A stretch of 58,430 nucleotides of DNA from Alistipes sp. (GCA_045657045.1 JAZOSJ010000088.1:1-58430); one strand, 5' to 3'. Numbered from the stretch's first letter, positions 18,536-29,107 are shown. Notes: a model not told the origin generated them from the letters alone. Program-made: numbers and translations.

Positions 18536-18988
18536 TTAGATGCTTATCAGTGATGTCGCATCGCTAAGCTCGATATTGTGCCCCGTAAGTCGTATCACAA
18601 CACCCTCGCTCTGGCTAATGGCTACGATAAACATATCGTCGATACTCTCGCGCTTGCCCGAGTTCGCCGATTTGTAGTGTTGCTCCACGCGGTATATCTC
18701 CACGTTCGTACCATTGCTATTTACCGACATCAGCAATTTGTAGCCTCCAAGAAACTTCTCCAAGTCGTTTTTAAGGATGTCGAGTAACGCTGGGTCTTCC
18801 ACCGATATAGCCTGCATAGATTCGATGCCAGAGTTGGCAGACATCTGTTTTAGCATCTCCTTCGAAAGCACTACCGTAGAACAACTCTTAAACGCGGAGT
18901 ACTTCTTAATGAGCGGTGTCATATAGTCGGTTTGCGCCGATGCTACTATGGGTAAACATAATATTATTAGAAGTATAAGTCGTCTCAT
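18536..18988 (-). CDS. DUF4252-like exported protein
   Basis: Signal peptide, STVVLSKEMLKQM, YKLLMSVN, VVIRLTG; ECF sigma cluster context. Confidence 0.65.
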   Translation of the reverse strand: MRRLILLIILCLPIVASAQTDYMTPLIKKYSAFKSCSTVVLSKEMLKQMSANSGIESMQAISVEDPALLDILKNDLEKFLGGYKLLMSVNSNGTNVEIYRVEQHYKSANSGKRESIDDMFIVAISQSEGVVIRLTGHNIELSDATSLISI

Positions 18989-19006
18989 ATTAAGTAGTGT
19001 TTTAGG

Positions 19007-19837
19007 TTATAGATAGAAGCCAATACCTGCTGAAAATCTACGGCAAGTAGGACCAGTATTGTAGGTAAACACATCCGTTAATCCATAGTTTATAAAGCCA
19101 TACACCTTATCAGTACCGAAGTGTAACACTCCACTAAATTGTATAGGCTCGACGGTTACTGGTTCAACACGATTGATAACTATTGGCTTTTGATACATTA
19201 GCGAGTGCCATAATAGAATGTCTAAAGACAAACCGCCAGAGACAAAGAATTTATGGTTGTAGCTCCATGTAAACATCGTAGGGAGGCTTATATATTCCAA
19301 CAATAGTATTGACCTGGTAACACTATCCTCAAGTTTTACAGGTCGCATCATTCCCCCTTCATATTTCATCGAATATGGGCCATTAAACCTATATCTCTCC
19401 ATTGTGAACTGAGCGCCGTAATCCATTGTAAAAGAGCCACTTTGATTTAGCCTTATACTGCGTGAATATAAGTTTACGCTCATATATATCGATTTTGCAT
19501 TGCCCAGACGCATCATCGCTGCCTCTTCTGGTGTGTATAGCGCATATTTAGCATTCACCATAAGGTTGACGCCTACCTCTGCAAAGCCAAAAGGAGATAT
19601 GCTCTTGAATTGAGGTTGTTGTAACTGTTGTTGTGGTTGTGGGCTTTTATCATTACCGCTAAATCGCAATATCATTCCTGCTAACTTGAAGTTGATACCA
19701 TCGTCGTTGTATGTTACACTGTGTTGCCCGTTATTGCCAAAGGTAATAGTGCTATCTTCGGCAATCTCTTGCGCGTGTAGCGGTGTAAATGCTACTACAA
19801 GGAGTATTATGGTTGTGATAAAACTCTTCATATCCAT
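19007..19837 (-). CDS. Outer-membrane beta-barrel protein (paralogue 2)
   Basis: Signal peptide, amphipathic strands, YISLPTMF, C-terminal SAGIGFYL; similar to 19849-20658. Confidence 0.7.
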   Translation of the reverse strand: MDMKSFITTIILLVVAFTPLHAQEIAEDSTITFGNNGQHSVTYNDDGINFKLAGMILRFSGNDKSPQPQQQLQQPQFKSISPFGFAEVGVNLMVNAKYALYTPEEAAMMRLGNAKSIYMSVNLYSRSIRLNQSGSFTMDYGAQFTMERYRFNGPYSMKYEGGMMRPVKLEDSVTRSILLLEYISLPTMFTWSYNHKFFVSGGLSLDILLWHSLMYQKPIVINRVEPVTVEPIQFSGVLHFGTDKVYGFINYGLTDVFTYNTGPTCRRFSAGIGFYL

Positions 19838-19848
19838 CTGGTTTTAGG

Positions 19849-20658
19849 TTAGAATGAGAAGCCAATGCCCGCAGAAGTTCTGTTGCCACCGGGACCTGTG
19901 CCGCTCTCAAACATCTGCATAGGGCTATAATTGATAAAGCCGTAGAGTTTCTCGGTTCCAATATGGAGTGTGTAGCCCAGCTGGATTGGGTTTAGTGTTA
20001 CATTCTCCGATTTGTAGACAATCTTTGGATTTTTCTGTTTTAGGCGTGTGCCGATAGATACATCGAGATTTACACCTGCTGCAATAAAGAATTTGTTTCG
20101 GTATGTCCAATTTAGAAGCATAGGCATATGTAAGTATCGCGCCATAAGCTTCGATTTTGTAACCGAGTTGCTAAGTTCTATCGGGTGCATTATACCATCG
20201 AGGTAGCGCATCGAGTAGTCGCCAGCAAACACATAGTTCTCCCAAGCGATGCCAACACCCATATCAACGCTTAATGAGCCGCTTCGGGTTAGCTTGATAT
20301 TTTCGCTGAAAACGTTTAGCGCAACATACGTCGACTTGCGATTGCCAAACTGCATCATAGTAGCCTCCTCGGTATTGTACATCGAGTAGTCTGTATTGGC
20401 AAGTATGTTGATACCAAGTTCGAAGGCTTGTATGGCTTGTAGACTGCTGCCGTGTCGCTTTTCGTTTCGGCTATCACGACTGTCACTGCTAAAATGGAGC
20501 TCCTTGCCAGCGATTTTGAAATATACGTTATCCTCGCTGATGGTTATCTTATTCTGCTTATCCTGTCCAAAGATGATAGAACTCTCCTCTGTTTCCTGTG
20601 CGTGGAGTGTTGTGAGTGTTGTTACGATAAGTGCTAAGGTGGTGAAAAATCTCTTCAT
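19849..20658 (-). CDS. Outer-membrane beta-barrel protein (paralogue 1)
   Basis: Signal peptide, KSKLMARYLHMPMLL, C-terminal SAGIGFSF (terminal Phe). Confidence 0.72.
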   Translation of the reverse strand: MKRFFTTLALIVTTLTTLHAQETEESSIIFGQDKQNKITISEDNVYFKIAGKELHFSSDSRDSRNEKRHGSSLQAIQAFELGINILANTDYSMYNTEEATMMQFGNRKSTYVALNVFSENIKLTRSGSLSVDMGVGIAWENYVFAGDYSMRYLDGIMHPIELSNSVTKSKLMARYLHMPMLLNWTYRNKFFIAAGVNLDVSIGTRLKQKNPKIVYKSENVTLNPIQLGYTLHIGTEKLYGFINYSPMQMFESGTGPGGNRTSAGIGFSF

Positions 20659-20660
20659 AG

Positions 20661-21116
20661 CTATTTAGTTTTAAGTATATTTACTTTATTGATACTTGCC
20701 ATTGCAAGGTTTACATTCTCGTTCATATTGCCGAGTATTCTACGCATTTCATCCTCGGCCATCTGCTGGTCGTTAACCCTCGTGCCATCAACGTAGCAGA
20801 TGATCATTGGCTCGGCGTGCAGGGCATTGTTTGTTATTGTTCGAGTGGCAATAAAGACTCCAACAAATATACACGCCACGGCTGCCGCAACCCCTCTAAA
20901 TCGCGATATGGTGACGCTACGTTTGCGAGGTTTAGGTTGTGGAGCTTTTATCTCTTTAAGTAGCCCCATTGCCTCGAACATTACCTTAATGGCGATATGC
21001 TCCGCAGGAAGATGCTCTTCGGTGGCGAGGTAGGTGGCAATAGTCTGCTCCTCACTGAGCGTTGTTTTGCCATCGAAATACTTGTTTATGAGTATGTTAA
21101 TCTTGTTTAACTCCAT
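20661..21116 (-). CDS. Putative anti-sigma-like membrane protein
   Basis: LINKYFDGKTTLSEEQ N-terminus and one TM helix; overlaps the ECF sigma stop. Confidence 0.7.
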   Translation of the reverse strand: MELNKINILINKYFDGKTTLSEEQTIATYLATEEHLPAEHIAIKVMFEAMGLLKEIKAPQPKPRKRSVTISRFRGVAAAVACIFVGVFIATRTITNNALHAEPMIICYVDGTRVNDQQMAEDEMRRILGNMNENVNLAMASINKVNILKTK

Positions 21117-21642
21117 AATTCATTGCGTTTGTAATCATCTCTCTAATGCTCCTGCGCGCTCTGGAAAGATTCATTCTTGCACTATTGCAGTCGCAGCCTG
21201 TTACCTCGGCAATCTCCTCTATCTCGTATCCCTCCACGTCTCTTAGATGTATTGCAATTCGCTGTTTCTCGGGTAGCGAGGCTATTGCTCGCTGTGTTAT
21301 ACTTGTTATATCCGAGAGCTCAGCCGATGTGTCGATGTCGATGGTTATTATCTCCTCGTTTATTGCGAATGTCTGTCGCCTTAACTGCGTTCGCTTCCGA
21401 TCTATTGCTAAGTTGTGCGCCATACGACAGATATATGCTCTGGGGTAGGCGCTATTGAAGACCCTCTCTTTTACTCTCCATACTCGTTCGAAGAGATCCT
21501 GCACAATATCTTCGGCCTCGGCGCTATCGCCACATATATTAAATGCAAGGCGATAGAGCGTGTCTCGGTGCTCAGAGAAGAACTCTATATATTGTGCTTC
21601 GGTCTTCAAATTTTGCGTTTTTGTTAGTTCGTTTCTATACAC
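21097..21642 (-). CDS. ECF RNA polymerase sigma factor
   Basis: AEDIVQDLF (region 2); LPEKQRIAIHLRDVEGYEIEEIAE...LSRAR (region 4). Confidence 0.92.
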   Translation of the reverse strand: MYRNELTKTQNLKTEAQYIEFFSEHRDTLYRLAFNICGDSAEAEDIVQDLFERVWRVKERVFNSAYPRAYICRMAHNLAIDRKRTQLRRQTFAINEEIITIDIDTSAELSDITSITQRAIASLPEKQRIAIHLRDVEGYEIEEIAEVTGCDCNSARMNLSRARRSIREMITNAMNYGVKQD

Positions 21643-21690
21643 ATAACGATGTCACTACATCGAATGTAACATCGCAACGTGTAAAATTAC

Positions 21691-21722
21691 AAAAAAAATG
21701 GCAACCCACCGCTGGATTGCCA
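21691..21722 (-). terminator. Intrinsic terminator of the porin gene
   Basis: tggcaa.cca...tgg.ttgcca hairpin followed by T8 on the minus strand. Confidence 0.7.
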
Positions 21723-21745
21723 AATAATTGAGTAAAACTCTTAGC

Positions 21746-23074
21746 TTAGAAGTTGTACTGCGCCATTACGCTGATACGGTTTGCGCGGCTGTGGGCGTCG
21801 CTTACATTCCGACGTGTGCCGTGTAGATACTCCAACGCAAGGGTGAAGTTAGGCGTTACGTTGTAGAAGAGGTTGCCGAAGATATACTCGCCACGCTTGT
21901 ACTGATTGTCTGACAATGCGCTGTTATCAACTTCGAGACGTACGGTTGAGTAGCCACCGCTAAACCAGAAAGTTGATGGAATGATATTGACCTGAGCTGC
22001 TGCCTGCCAACCCCACATAGGAAGAGTGTGAATCTCGGTAGGCTCGTTAGGCTTGTAGACAAAGTCGTAAGGAGCACCTGCCAAATCCTGAATGTAAGGG
22101 GTGATGCCGCGACCGTAGACACCATTCATATATAGGTCTACCCAGTTGCCTGCCTCGATGTGACCGCTAAACTGTGCGCCCCAACCAACCTGTGTAGTGT
22201 TCTCACCAGAGGTCTTGTCGTGGAGATACATATCGCGGATAACGCCTGATAGGCGCACGTGGCTCGACTTATTCTCGCCCCAAGCGTACTGAACGTATGC
22301 AATGCCATCTGGTACGCGCTGGTAGATAGGCTCGAAGTTCTCGCCATAGGTGGCATTCACAACGGGCATCTCGGCAGCTACACCAATGTGTAAGTGGTTG
22401 CGAACAAAGCCGCGCTCGTAGCGAATCATCTCGTTGAAGGCAAAGTTGTAGGCGTTAGGGCCCTGGAAGTCAATAGTGGTAGGTGCTGCCGCAAGGTCAC
22501 AGAAGGTGGTAACATCACGACCTACGGTGAAGCCGAGGAGGTTAACGTATGCCGACCTTAGACGTGGAATGTAGGTAAACTCCTCACCACCACGGAAGTC
22601 CATATCGGTGTAGACATAGACGCGACCCAACGTCGGACTATTCACGATAGCCTTCATAAAGAGTCGTGAGGTCGAAGCGTCCATCATCACACGCTGCTGG
22701 TTAGCGTAGCCCTTGTGCATAGGAATGTCGTAAGGTACGAAGTCTATATTGCCCACTGCGCCCTTGAGGTCGTAGCTGGTGCGTAGATTTACCATACCTC
22801 CAATACCCAATGAGAAGCGATTGTTGCGTGTCGAGAAGATAAACTGTGGATTGTGTGCCTGCTGGAAGCCGTGGCGCTTGGTCTCCACAAAGTCCTCGAT
22901 AATAGCAACGCGTACGACCTCAGGGTCATACTCTTGCAACTCGTTACCTACAGCAATCATATAGATGGTGGGTGTGTATTCCTCCACCTCATAGACTCTG
23001 GTCTGAGCTATCGCAGATGGTGCTACGAAGGCTACTGTAAGCAGTGATAGAGCGAAATGTTTAATTCGTTTCAT
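21746..23074 (-). CDS. DcaP-family outer-membrane porin
   Basis: Start revised to MKRIKHFALSLL (signal peptide). Motifs MDASTSRLF, PRLRSAY, TTIDFQGPN, LEYLHGTR; C-terminal QYNF. Confidence 0.8.
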   Translation of the reverse strand: MKRIKHFALSLLTVAFVAPSAIAQTRVYEVEEYTPTIYMIAVGNELQEYDPEVVRVAIIEDFVETKRHGFQQAHNPQFIFSTRNNRFSLGIGGMVNLRTSYDLKGAVGNIDFVPYDIPMHKGYANQQRVMMDASTSRLFMKAIVNSPTLGRVYVYTDMDFRGGEEFTYIPRLRSAYVNLLGFTVGRDVTTFCDLAAAPTTIDFQGPNAYNFAFNEMIRYERGFVRNHLHIGVAAEMPVVNATYGENFEPIYQRVPDGIAYVQYAWGENKSSHVRLSGVIRDMYLHDKTSGENTTQVGWGAQFSGHIEAGNWVDLYMNGVYGRGITPYIQDLAGAPYDFVYKPNEPTEIHTLPMWGWQAAAQVNIIPSTFWFSGGYSTVRLEVDNSALSDNQYKRGEYIFGNLFYNVTPNFTLALEYLHGTRRNVSDAHSRANRISVMAQYNF

Positions 23075-23120
23075 AACTGAAATTTTTTGGTTAACATTAA
23101 AGTTTTCGTCTGCTTCGAGA

Positions 23121-23135
23121 ACAAGTTGTGTGCCA
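23121..23135 (-). promoter_or_regulatory. Putative sigma-54 promoter of the porin gene
   Basis: Minus strand TGGCAC-ACAAC-TTGT, ending 46 bp upstream of ATG 23074; -12 element is GT instead of GC. Confidence 0.45.
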
Positions 23136-23189
23136 AAGCTATGTCGAATTATCGCACGATAATTGCAGTGGTTGAAAGAAACTTTATCT

Positions 23190-24635
23190 ATGAGATTTTG
23201 GATGTCACTGTTAGCACTTGTATTTTCGATAAGTGCCACAGCTCAGCAGATGGTAAACTTCGATGATGCGCTTAGGATGATGGTTGAGCGCAACAAGGCT
23301 ATAAGTAGTGCTAAGTATGGTGTGGATGCAGCCTATCGGGAGTATCGCGCTACGCAGGGGATGCGTATGCCTAAGGTTGACCTTGTGGGGTGTTATACTC
23401 TGTTGCAGCATGGCCTCGATATAGATCTTGGCGGAGCGAAAGGAGTTGTTACCGAGTCTTTGAATGGACTTATAAATAATGGAGTGTCGCAAGGATTAAT
23501 ACCGCCCTCCATTGCATCGCTTCTAACCGATGGACTCACTCCGCTTGTAGGGTCAGATTGGCGTTATACGCTCCAAAATCGCCACTTTGGCTTTGTGGGT
23601 ACAACCCTTACGATGCCTATATATTTAGGTGGTCGTATCGATATAGCAAGCCGTATTGCGAAGTTAAAGATTGCAGATGCTGAGATTGGTCTATATGGAG
23701 CGACGAGTGCGCTTATTACCGAGCTTGTCGAACGCTACTATGGTGTGATACTTGCCCGCGAAGTGGTCGCTGTTAAGGAGTTCGTAGTGCAGGGTGTGGA
23801 GCAACATCTTCGTGATGCCGAGGCTATGGAGGAGCAAGGTGTTGTGGCGCATAGTGTGGTGCTCTATTTGAACTATAAACTCTCGGAGGTGGAACGCGAT
23901 TATAGTGATGCGGTAAGTAAGTTGTGTATTGCGGAGCGTGCCTTACAGACAATCTTACAGAGTGATAATGCGGTTTTCCCTTCGGATAGAATGTTTGTGT
24001 CGTATGAAATATATAATATTGATTATTACCGCGATAACGCGCTTAACTTAAACGTTGCTATAAGTGCGGTTGAGAATGCTGAGCGCCTTAGCTCGGAGGG
24101 TGTAAATCTCGCTCGCTCGACCTTTATGCCAGAGGTTGTGGCGATGGGAGGCGCTTCGCTCTACTCCTATAATCTAACTAAGATGTTGCCACGCTGGGCT
24201 GTGGGAGTTGGGGTCTCGATGCCTCTGTTTGGTGGTCTTTCAAAGCAGGAGCAGTATCGCGCATCAAAGAGTGTAGAACGAAGCGTTCAAGATATGGCGG
24301 CAAAGGTTAGGGAGGATATACTTCTTTTGATCGATAAGGAGTATTATGCCTTGCAAAACGCTCTGCTTAACATAGATTCCTCGAAGCGTTCGATAACCCT
24401 TGCCGAGAGCTACTACACAACCGCTTTGGAGGGTTTTAAGGAGGGTGTAACACCATCCTCGGAGCTGATGGATGCCCGCATTGCCCTTGCTGCCTCTGAG
24501 GTAGAGTATCTTGATGCCGTCTATGAATATGTGTTGTCGTTGGCGAGGTTGTTGGAGCTATCGGGATTGAGTGATAACTTTGTAAACTACATCTCCGATG
24601 GAGTGATGGTTGATATAAATCGAGTAATGGATTAA
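23190..24635 (+). CDS. TolC family outer-membrane efflux protein
   Basis: Start revised to MRFWMSLL (signal peptide). Two OEP repeats (MPIYLGGRI; MPLFGGL), GFKEG...ELMDAR. Confidence 0.88.
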   Translation: MRFWMSLLALVFSISATAQQMVNFDDALRMMVERNKAISSAKYGVDAAYREYRATQGMRMPKVDLVGCYTLLQHGLDIDLGGAKGVVTESLNGLINNGVSQGLIPPSIASLLTDGLTPLVGSDWRYTLQNRHFGFVGTTLTMPIYLGGRIDIASRIAKLKIADAEIGLYGATSALITELVERYYGVILAREVVAVKEFVVQGVEQHLRDAEAMEEQGVVAHSVVLYLNYKLSEVERDYSDAVSKLCIAERALQTILQSDNAVFPSDRMFVSYEIYNIDYYRDNALNLNVAISAVENAERLSSEGVNLARSTFMPEVVAMGGASLYSYNLTKMLPRWAVGVGVSMPLFGGLSKQEQYRASKSVERSVQDMAAKVREDILLLIDKEYYALQNALLNIDSSKRSITLAESYYTTALEGFKEGVTPSSELMDARIALAASEVEYLDAVYEYVLSLARLLELSGLSDNFVNYISDGVMVDINRVMD

Positions 24636-24643
24636 TTTATAAT

Positions 24644-25618
24644 ATGAAACGAACTTTATATACTATCGTTGTGCTTGCCTTATTGTTGGTGGGTATAATT
24701 ACCCTTATACGTTACTTTGGTCGTGTTAATCGCCCCGTTATTCAAGGTGTTGTGGAGTGTCGTAGCTACCGTGCTTCGTCGAAGTTGGCGGGGCGTATAG
24801 ACTCGATGTATGTTGCTGAGGGCGATATGGTCAACATAGGAGAACTTCTTTACACCATCTCCACGCCTGAACTTGATGCTAAGTTGAAGCAGGTCTCTGC
24901 TCTCGAAGCCGAGGCTGAGGCTATAAATAGCGAGGTTGATATGGGTGCGCGCAAGGAGCAGATAGTGGCGGTAAAAAGCTTATGGCAGAAGGCATTGGCA
25001 GGGTTGGAGCTTGCCGAAGCAAGCTATGGACGAGTTGCGAGACTCTACGACAAGGGTGTTGTGCCGCGCCAGCAATATGACGAGGCGTTGGCTAACTATC
25101 GCGCTATGCAGGCTATGGTTGATGCGGCAAAGGCAGAGTATAACCTCGTGTTAGAGGGCGCTACGCGCCAGCAGAGGGAGGCTGTCGAGGCTAAGGTGCG
25201 TGAGGCGCAGGGTGGTGTCGAAGAGGTGCGCTCCTATCTTGGTGATGCTGAGATCTATGCCCCCGTGGCGGGGCGTGTGTCGAGCATTATGGCAGAGGCG
25301 GGCGAGCTTGTTGGCTCGGGTGCTCCTGTGGTCACTATCCTCGATGTCTCAAATTCGTGGGTTACCTTTAATATTAAGGAGAGTAAAATGGCTAATATCC
25401 ATCTTGGTTACCGTTTTGAAGGTTATATCCCTGCGCTTGATAGGCGAACTGAGTTTGAGATCTACTATATAGCCTCGGCGGCGGACTATGCTACGTGGAG
25501 TGCTACACGTGCTCGCGGTGGATTTGATATTCGCTCCTTTGAGGTGCGTGCTCGCTCGGTGGATCACGTCGATATACTTCCAGGTATGAGCGTAATAGTC
25601 TATGGTGAGAAGCTGTAA
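24644..25618 (+). CDS. HlyD family periplasmic adaptor
   Basis: N-terminal TM, SKLAGRI...V.EGD, IYAPVAGRV, ADYATW.ATR...FDIRSFEV, PGMSV. Confidence 0.9.
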   Translation: MKRTLYTIVVLALLLVGIITLIRYFGRVNRPVIQGVVECRSYRASSKLAGRIDSMYVAEGDMVNIGELLYTISTPELDAKLKQVSALEAEAEAINSEVDMGARKEQIVAVKSLWQKALAGLELAEASYGRVARLYDKGVVPRQQYDEALANYRAMQAMVDAAKAEYNLVLEGATRQQREAVEAKVREAQGGVEEVRSYLGDAEIYAPVAGRVSSIMAEAGELVGSGAPVVTILDVSNSWVTFNIKESKMANIHLGYRFEGYIPALDRRTEFEIYYIASAADYATWSATRARGGFDIRSFEVRARSVDHVDILPGMSVIVYGEKL

Positions 25619-25620
25619 CT

Positions 25621-26793
25621 ATGTCAATCAATAGCGTTATATCATCACTAAGACGAGAACTGCGAGAGATAGCATCCGACAGGTTGTATCTCTCTCTGTT
25701 GGTGCTATTTCCTGTAATGATGACCCTCTTCTTCGGTGTCGTTTTCTACCGTGGCGCTATTGATGACGTGCCCATTGCGGTGGTGGATAGGGATTATTCG
25801 CCATTGTCACGCCAACTGCTCAGTATGGTCGATGCAACGTCAGGTGTCAATATAGCCTTTCAAGAGCAGGATATATTGAGTGCTGAGCAGCGAATGCTCG
25901 ATGGTGATGTGGAGGGTATAATCTATGTGGACAAGGGTTTCGAGGATAAAATCTATCGTGGCGAGAGTGCTACGGTGGGGTGCTACCTTAGTGGAGCGAA
26001 TATCTCTGCTTGTGGAATTCTAAGTCGGGATATTCAGCTTGTAGTGCAGAGTTTTTCTGCGGGTGTGGCTCTCGAAACCTTGCAAAGTATGGGGCTTAGC
26101 TATAATGAAGCAATGGTAGGGATAATGCCAATTAATATTCAGACTAACATTATATCAAATCCATACCTTAACTATGGCTACTACCTTGCCCCTATCTTTA
26201 TGATTTTGGGGATTGTTGTATTTACCATGCTTTCGACTATCTATGCTATAGGGCGCGAACTGCGCTACCGTACGGCCTCGGAGTGGCTTGTGGTGGCCAA
26301 TGGCTCACTTGCGGGTGGGGTGGTTGGTAAACTGCTACCTGTCGCTGTTGCGATGATGATAATGTCGCAGTTTATCTATTTCGTCTTATTTGTAGTTATG
26401 GGTATGGAATGCGAGGGTAGCTATCTTGTGCTGTCGCTTGTGACGCTGCTCTTTATAGTTGTTTATGAGGGCGTTGCGTTATCGGTTATCGCCTTAACGG
26501 CTAACCTTCGTCTGGCGCTCTCGTTGGGTGGCGGTTATAGTGTTATGGCATTCACCTTTTCGGGTATTACCTTTCCTACAATTGCGATGTATGGCGTGGC
26601 ACGGGTATTCTCAAAGCTCTTTCCGTTGACCTATTTTAGTGAACTCTTTATAAGTCAGGTTATGCGCGATGCTCCATTTCGCTATGATCTTGACAATCTG
26701 CTCTATATGGCGTTGTTCTTAGTTGTCGTGCCGCTTTCGTGGCGTAGGCTGCGTAGCGTTGTGTGCGATGATAAATATTGGGGGAGGGAGTGA
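25621..26793 (+). CDS. ABC-2 type permease
   Basis: PIAVVDRDYSPLSRQL, NPYLNYGYYL, FSGITFP; six TM helices. Confidence 0.88.
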   Translation: MSINSVISSLRRELREIASDRLYLSLLVLFPVMMTLFFGVVFYRGAIDDVPIAVVDRDYSPLSRQLLSMVDATSGVNIAFQEQDILSAEQRMLDGDVEGIIYVDKGFEDKIYRGESATVGCYLSGANISACGILSRDIQLVVQSFSAGVALETLQSMGLSYNEAMVGIMPINIQTNIISNPYLNYGYYLAPIFMILGIVVFTMLSTIYAIGRELRYRTASEWLVVANGSLAGGVVGKLLPVAVAMMIMSQFIYFVLFVVMGMECEGSYLVLSLVTLLFIVVYEGVALSVIALTANLRLALSLGGGYSVMAFTFSGITFPTIAMYGVARVFSKLFPLTYFSELFISQVMRDAPFRYDLDNLLYMALFLVVVPLSWRRLRSVVCDDKYWGRE

Positions 26794-26794
26794 T

Positions 26795-27880
26795 ATGTTT
26801 CGATTAGTCATAAGGGAGTTTCGCCTAATATTCTCCGATAGCGGAGCAGTGTTGCTGCTTCTATTTGCGATGTTTATATACGCCACAATCTACTCGATAG
26901 CCTACGGTGCTGAGGTTGTGGAGAGTGTACCTATTGCCGTTGTAGACGAGGATAATACTGCGTCAAGTAGGGATGTTATTGCGGGGCTTCGTGAGGGGGA
27001 GAATACGGTTATTGCCTATGAAGTGCAATCTGTGGAGGAGGGGCAAGAATTATTCTATAATCGCAATGTGTATGGAATTGTAGTTGTGCCTGATGGCTTC
27101 GAACGCAGGTTGCTCTCTATGGAGGGTGCTACCATAAGCATAATCTTGGATGGTAGTCATCTGCTTCTGTATCGTGCGGTATTGGAGCAGGCGATGGTAG
27201 ATGTTTTGGATAGAGGAAGCGGAGTTGTGAAACTATCAAGCGAGATTTTGTATAATAGGTCGCTTGGCTACGGCTCCTTTGTAATGCCGTCGATTATGGT
27301 GTTGCTCGTACAGCAAACACTGCTTATAGGTGTGGGTATGGTGGCTATTCGTCGACGTAGGCACGCTGTGTTGATAAAGCATAGAACGTGGCTATATGAT
27401 ACTTGGCAAGTGTTGTCTATTGCCTTAACTCATTTGGTTATATATGGCGTGAGCTTAACTATTGTTTTAGCTACACTATGGCAGATATTTGGCTTCCCGT
27501 TTAATGGTCGTATAGCCGATCTGGTGGTGCTAATGTCTCTGTATATAGTTGCATCATCCGCGTTGGCTCAAGCTCTGTCAAACCTCTTTACGCGTCGTGA
27601 AGCACCGATATTAACCCTTCTTTGGAGCTCTGTGCCGATACTTCTATTAGCGGGAGTCTCCTATCCTCGGGAGGCATTTCCAGAGTGGTTGTACGCCTTA
27701 GGTCGGCTCTTTCCAAGTAGTAGCGCCGTCGATGGCTTTATTAGTCTGAATACTATGGGTTCCTCGCTGCAAAATATAAAATCGGAGATTGTCAACCTCT
27801 CGATTCTTGCATTTTTATACATATTTGTGACTATAATTTTAGAAAAACGTGCATACAATATTAAAAATAGTGGGCATTAG
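26795..27880 (+). CDS. ABC-2 type permease
   Basis: Start revised to ATG 26795 (MFRLVIREF). PIAVVDEDNTASSR, GYGSFVMP, GVSYPREAFP. Confidence 0.86.
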   Translation: MFRLVIREFRLIFSDSGAVLLLLFAMFIYATIYSIAYGAEVVESVPIAVVDEDNTASSRDVIAGLREGENTVIAYEVQSVEEGQELFYNRNVYGIVVVPDGFERRLLSMEGATISIILDGSHLLLYRAVLEQAMVDVLDRGSGVVKLSSEILYNRSLGYGSFVMPSIMVLLVQQTLLIGVGMVAIRRRRHAVLIKHRTWLYDTWQVLSIALTHLVIYGVSLTIVLATLWQIFGFPFNGRIADLVVLMSLYIVASSALAQALSNLFTRREAPILTLLWSSVPILLLAGVSYPREAFPEWLYALGRLFPSSSAVDGFISLNTMGSSLQNIKSEIVNLSILAFLYIFVTIILEKRAYNIKNSGH

Positions 27881-27980
27881 TGGTACACTTAGAGAAATAT
27901 TTTATAACTTAGATGTCGGAAATGGTGGATAGGCACACCATACAACCTAAATAAACCTAAAACATTAAAATTGTATAGCT

Positions 27981-29087
27981 ATGATTATTGGCGTACCTAA
28001 GGAGATTAAGAATAACGAGAACCGCGTAGGTTTGACACCAGCGGGTGCTATGGAGTTAGTTCGTCGTGGACACGAGGTTTATGTGCAGTCTACTGCTGGC
28101 GAAAATAGTGGCTTTAAGGATGAGGATTATGTTAAGCAGGGGGCAAAGATTCTTCCTACAATCGAGGATGTATACGCTATTGCCGAGATGATTGTTAAGG
28201 TTAAGGAGCCTATTGCGCCTGAGTATAAGCTCGTGCGTAAGGGTCAGTTGGTATTCACCTATTTCCACTTTGCAAGTAGTGAACCACTAACCAAGGCTAT
28301 GATTGAGAGTGGTGCTATCTGCTGTGCATATGAGACTGTAGAGCGCAAGGATCGCTCGTTGCCACTGCTTATACCTATGTCGGAGGTGGCAGGTCGTATG
28401 TCTACGCAGGAGGGTCGTTACTTCTTGGAGAAGCCACGCGGTGGTAAGGGTAAACTCTTGGGTGGTGTGCCAGGTGTTAAGCCTGCTAAGGTCTTTGTTA
28501 TCGGCGCTGGTGTTGTGGGTACTGCTGCTGCACGCACAGCTGCGGGTACAGGTGCCGATGTTACTATCTGTGATATTTCGCTTCAGCGCCTTACATACCT
28601 TGCTGATGTGATGCCTAAGAATGTTAAGACGTTGATGTCTTCGGAATACAATATCCGTGAGGAGTTGAAGACTGCCGACCTTGTTATCGGTTCGGTGCTT
28701 ATCCCTGGTGCTAAGGCTCCAAAGCTCGTGACTCGCGATATGCTCAAGGATATGGAACCAGGTACTGTTATGGTGGATGTGGCTATCGATCAGGGCGGTT
28801 GCTTCGAAACCTCACACCCTACAACCCACGAGGATCCTGTATACTATGTTGACGGTATATTGCACTATTGTGTTGCTAATATCCCAGGTGCAGTGCCTTA
28901 TACCTCTACATTGGCGCTTACGAATGCCACTATGCCATACGTTATTCAACTCGCGGGCAAGGGCTGGCAGCAGGCGTGTCGCGATAACGAGGAGTTGCGC
29001 AAGGGTCTTAATATCGTCGAGGGTAAGGTTGTCTACAAGCCTGTCGCAGAGGCTTGGGGTCTTCCATACGAGGAGCTTGCGTTGTAG
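27981..29087 (+). CDS. ald: Alanine dehydrogenase
   Basis: [54 protein letters not shown]. Confidence 0.97.
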   Translation: MIIGVPKEIKNNENRVGLTPAGAMELVRRGHEVYVQSTAGENSGFKDEDYVKQGAKILPTIEDVYAIAEMIVKVKEPIAPEYKLVRKGQLVFTYFHFASSEPLTKAMIESGAICCAYETVERKDRSLPLLIPMSEVAGRMSTQEGRYFLEKPRGGKGKLLGGVPGVKPAKVFVIGAGVVGTAAARTAAGTGADVTICDISLQRLTYLADVMPKNVKTLMSSEYNIREELKTADLVIGSVLIPGAKAPKLVTRDMLKDMEPGTVMVDVAIDQGGCFETSHPTTHEDPVYYVDGILHYCVANIPGAVPYTSTLALTNATMPYVIQLAGKGWQQACRDNEELRKGLNIVEGKVVYKPVAEAWGLPYEELAL

Positions 29088-29107
29088 TTGATTAAATCTA
29101 AATATGT

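Noticed and set aside
23163-23239. Apparent overlap of divergent porin and TolC ORFs
   Set aside because: Artefact of longest-ORF starts. Signal peptides indicate starts at 23074 (-) and 23190 (+).
23190-27880. Efflux operon lacking an ATPase gene
   Set aside because: TolC-HlyD-two ABC-2 permeases without a linked ATPase is a common Bacteroidales arrangement.
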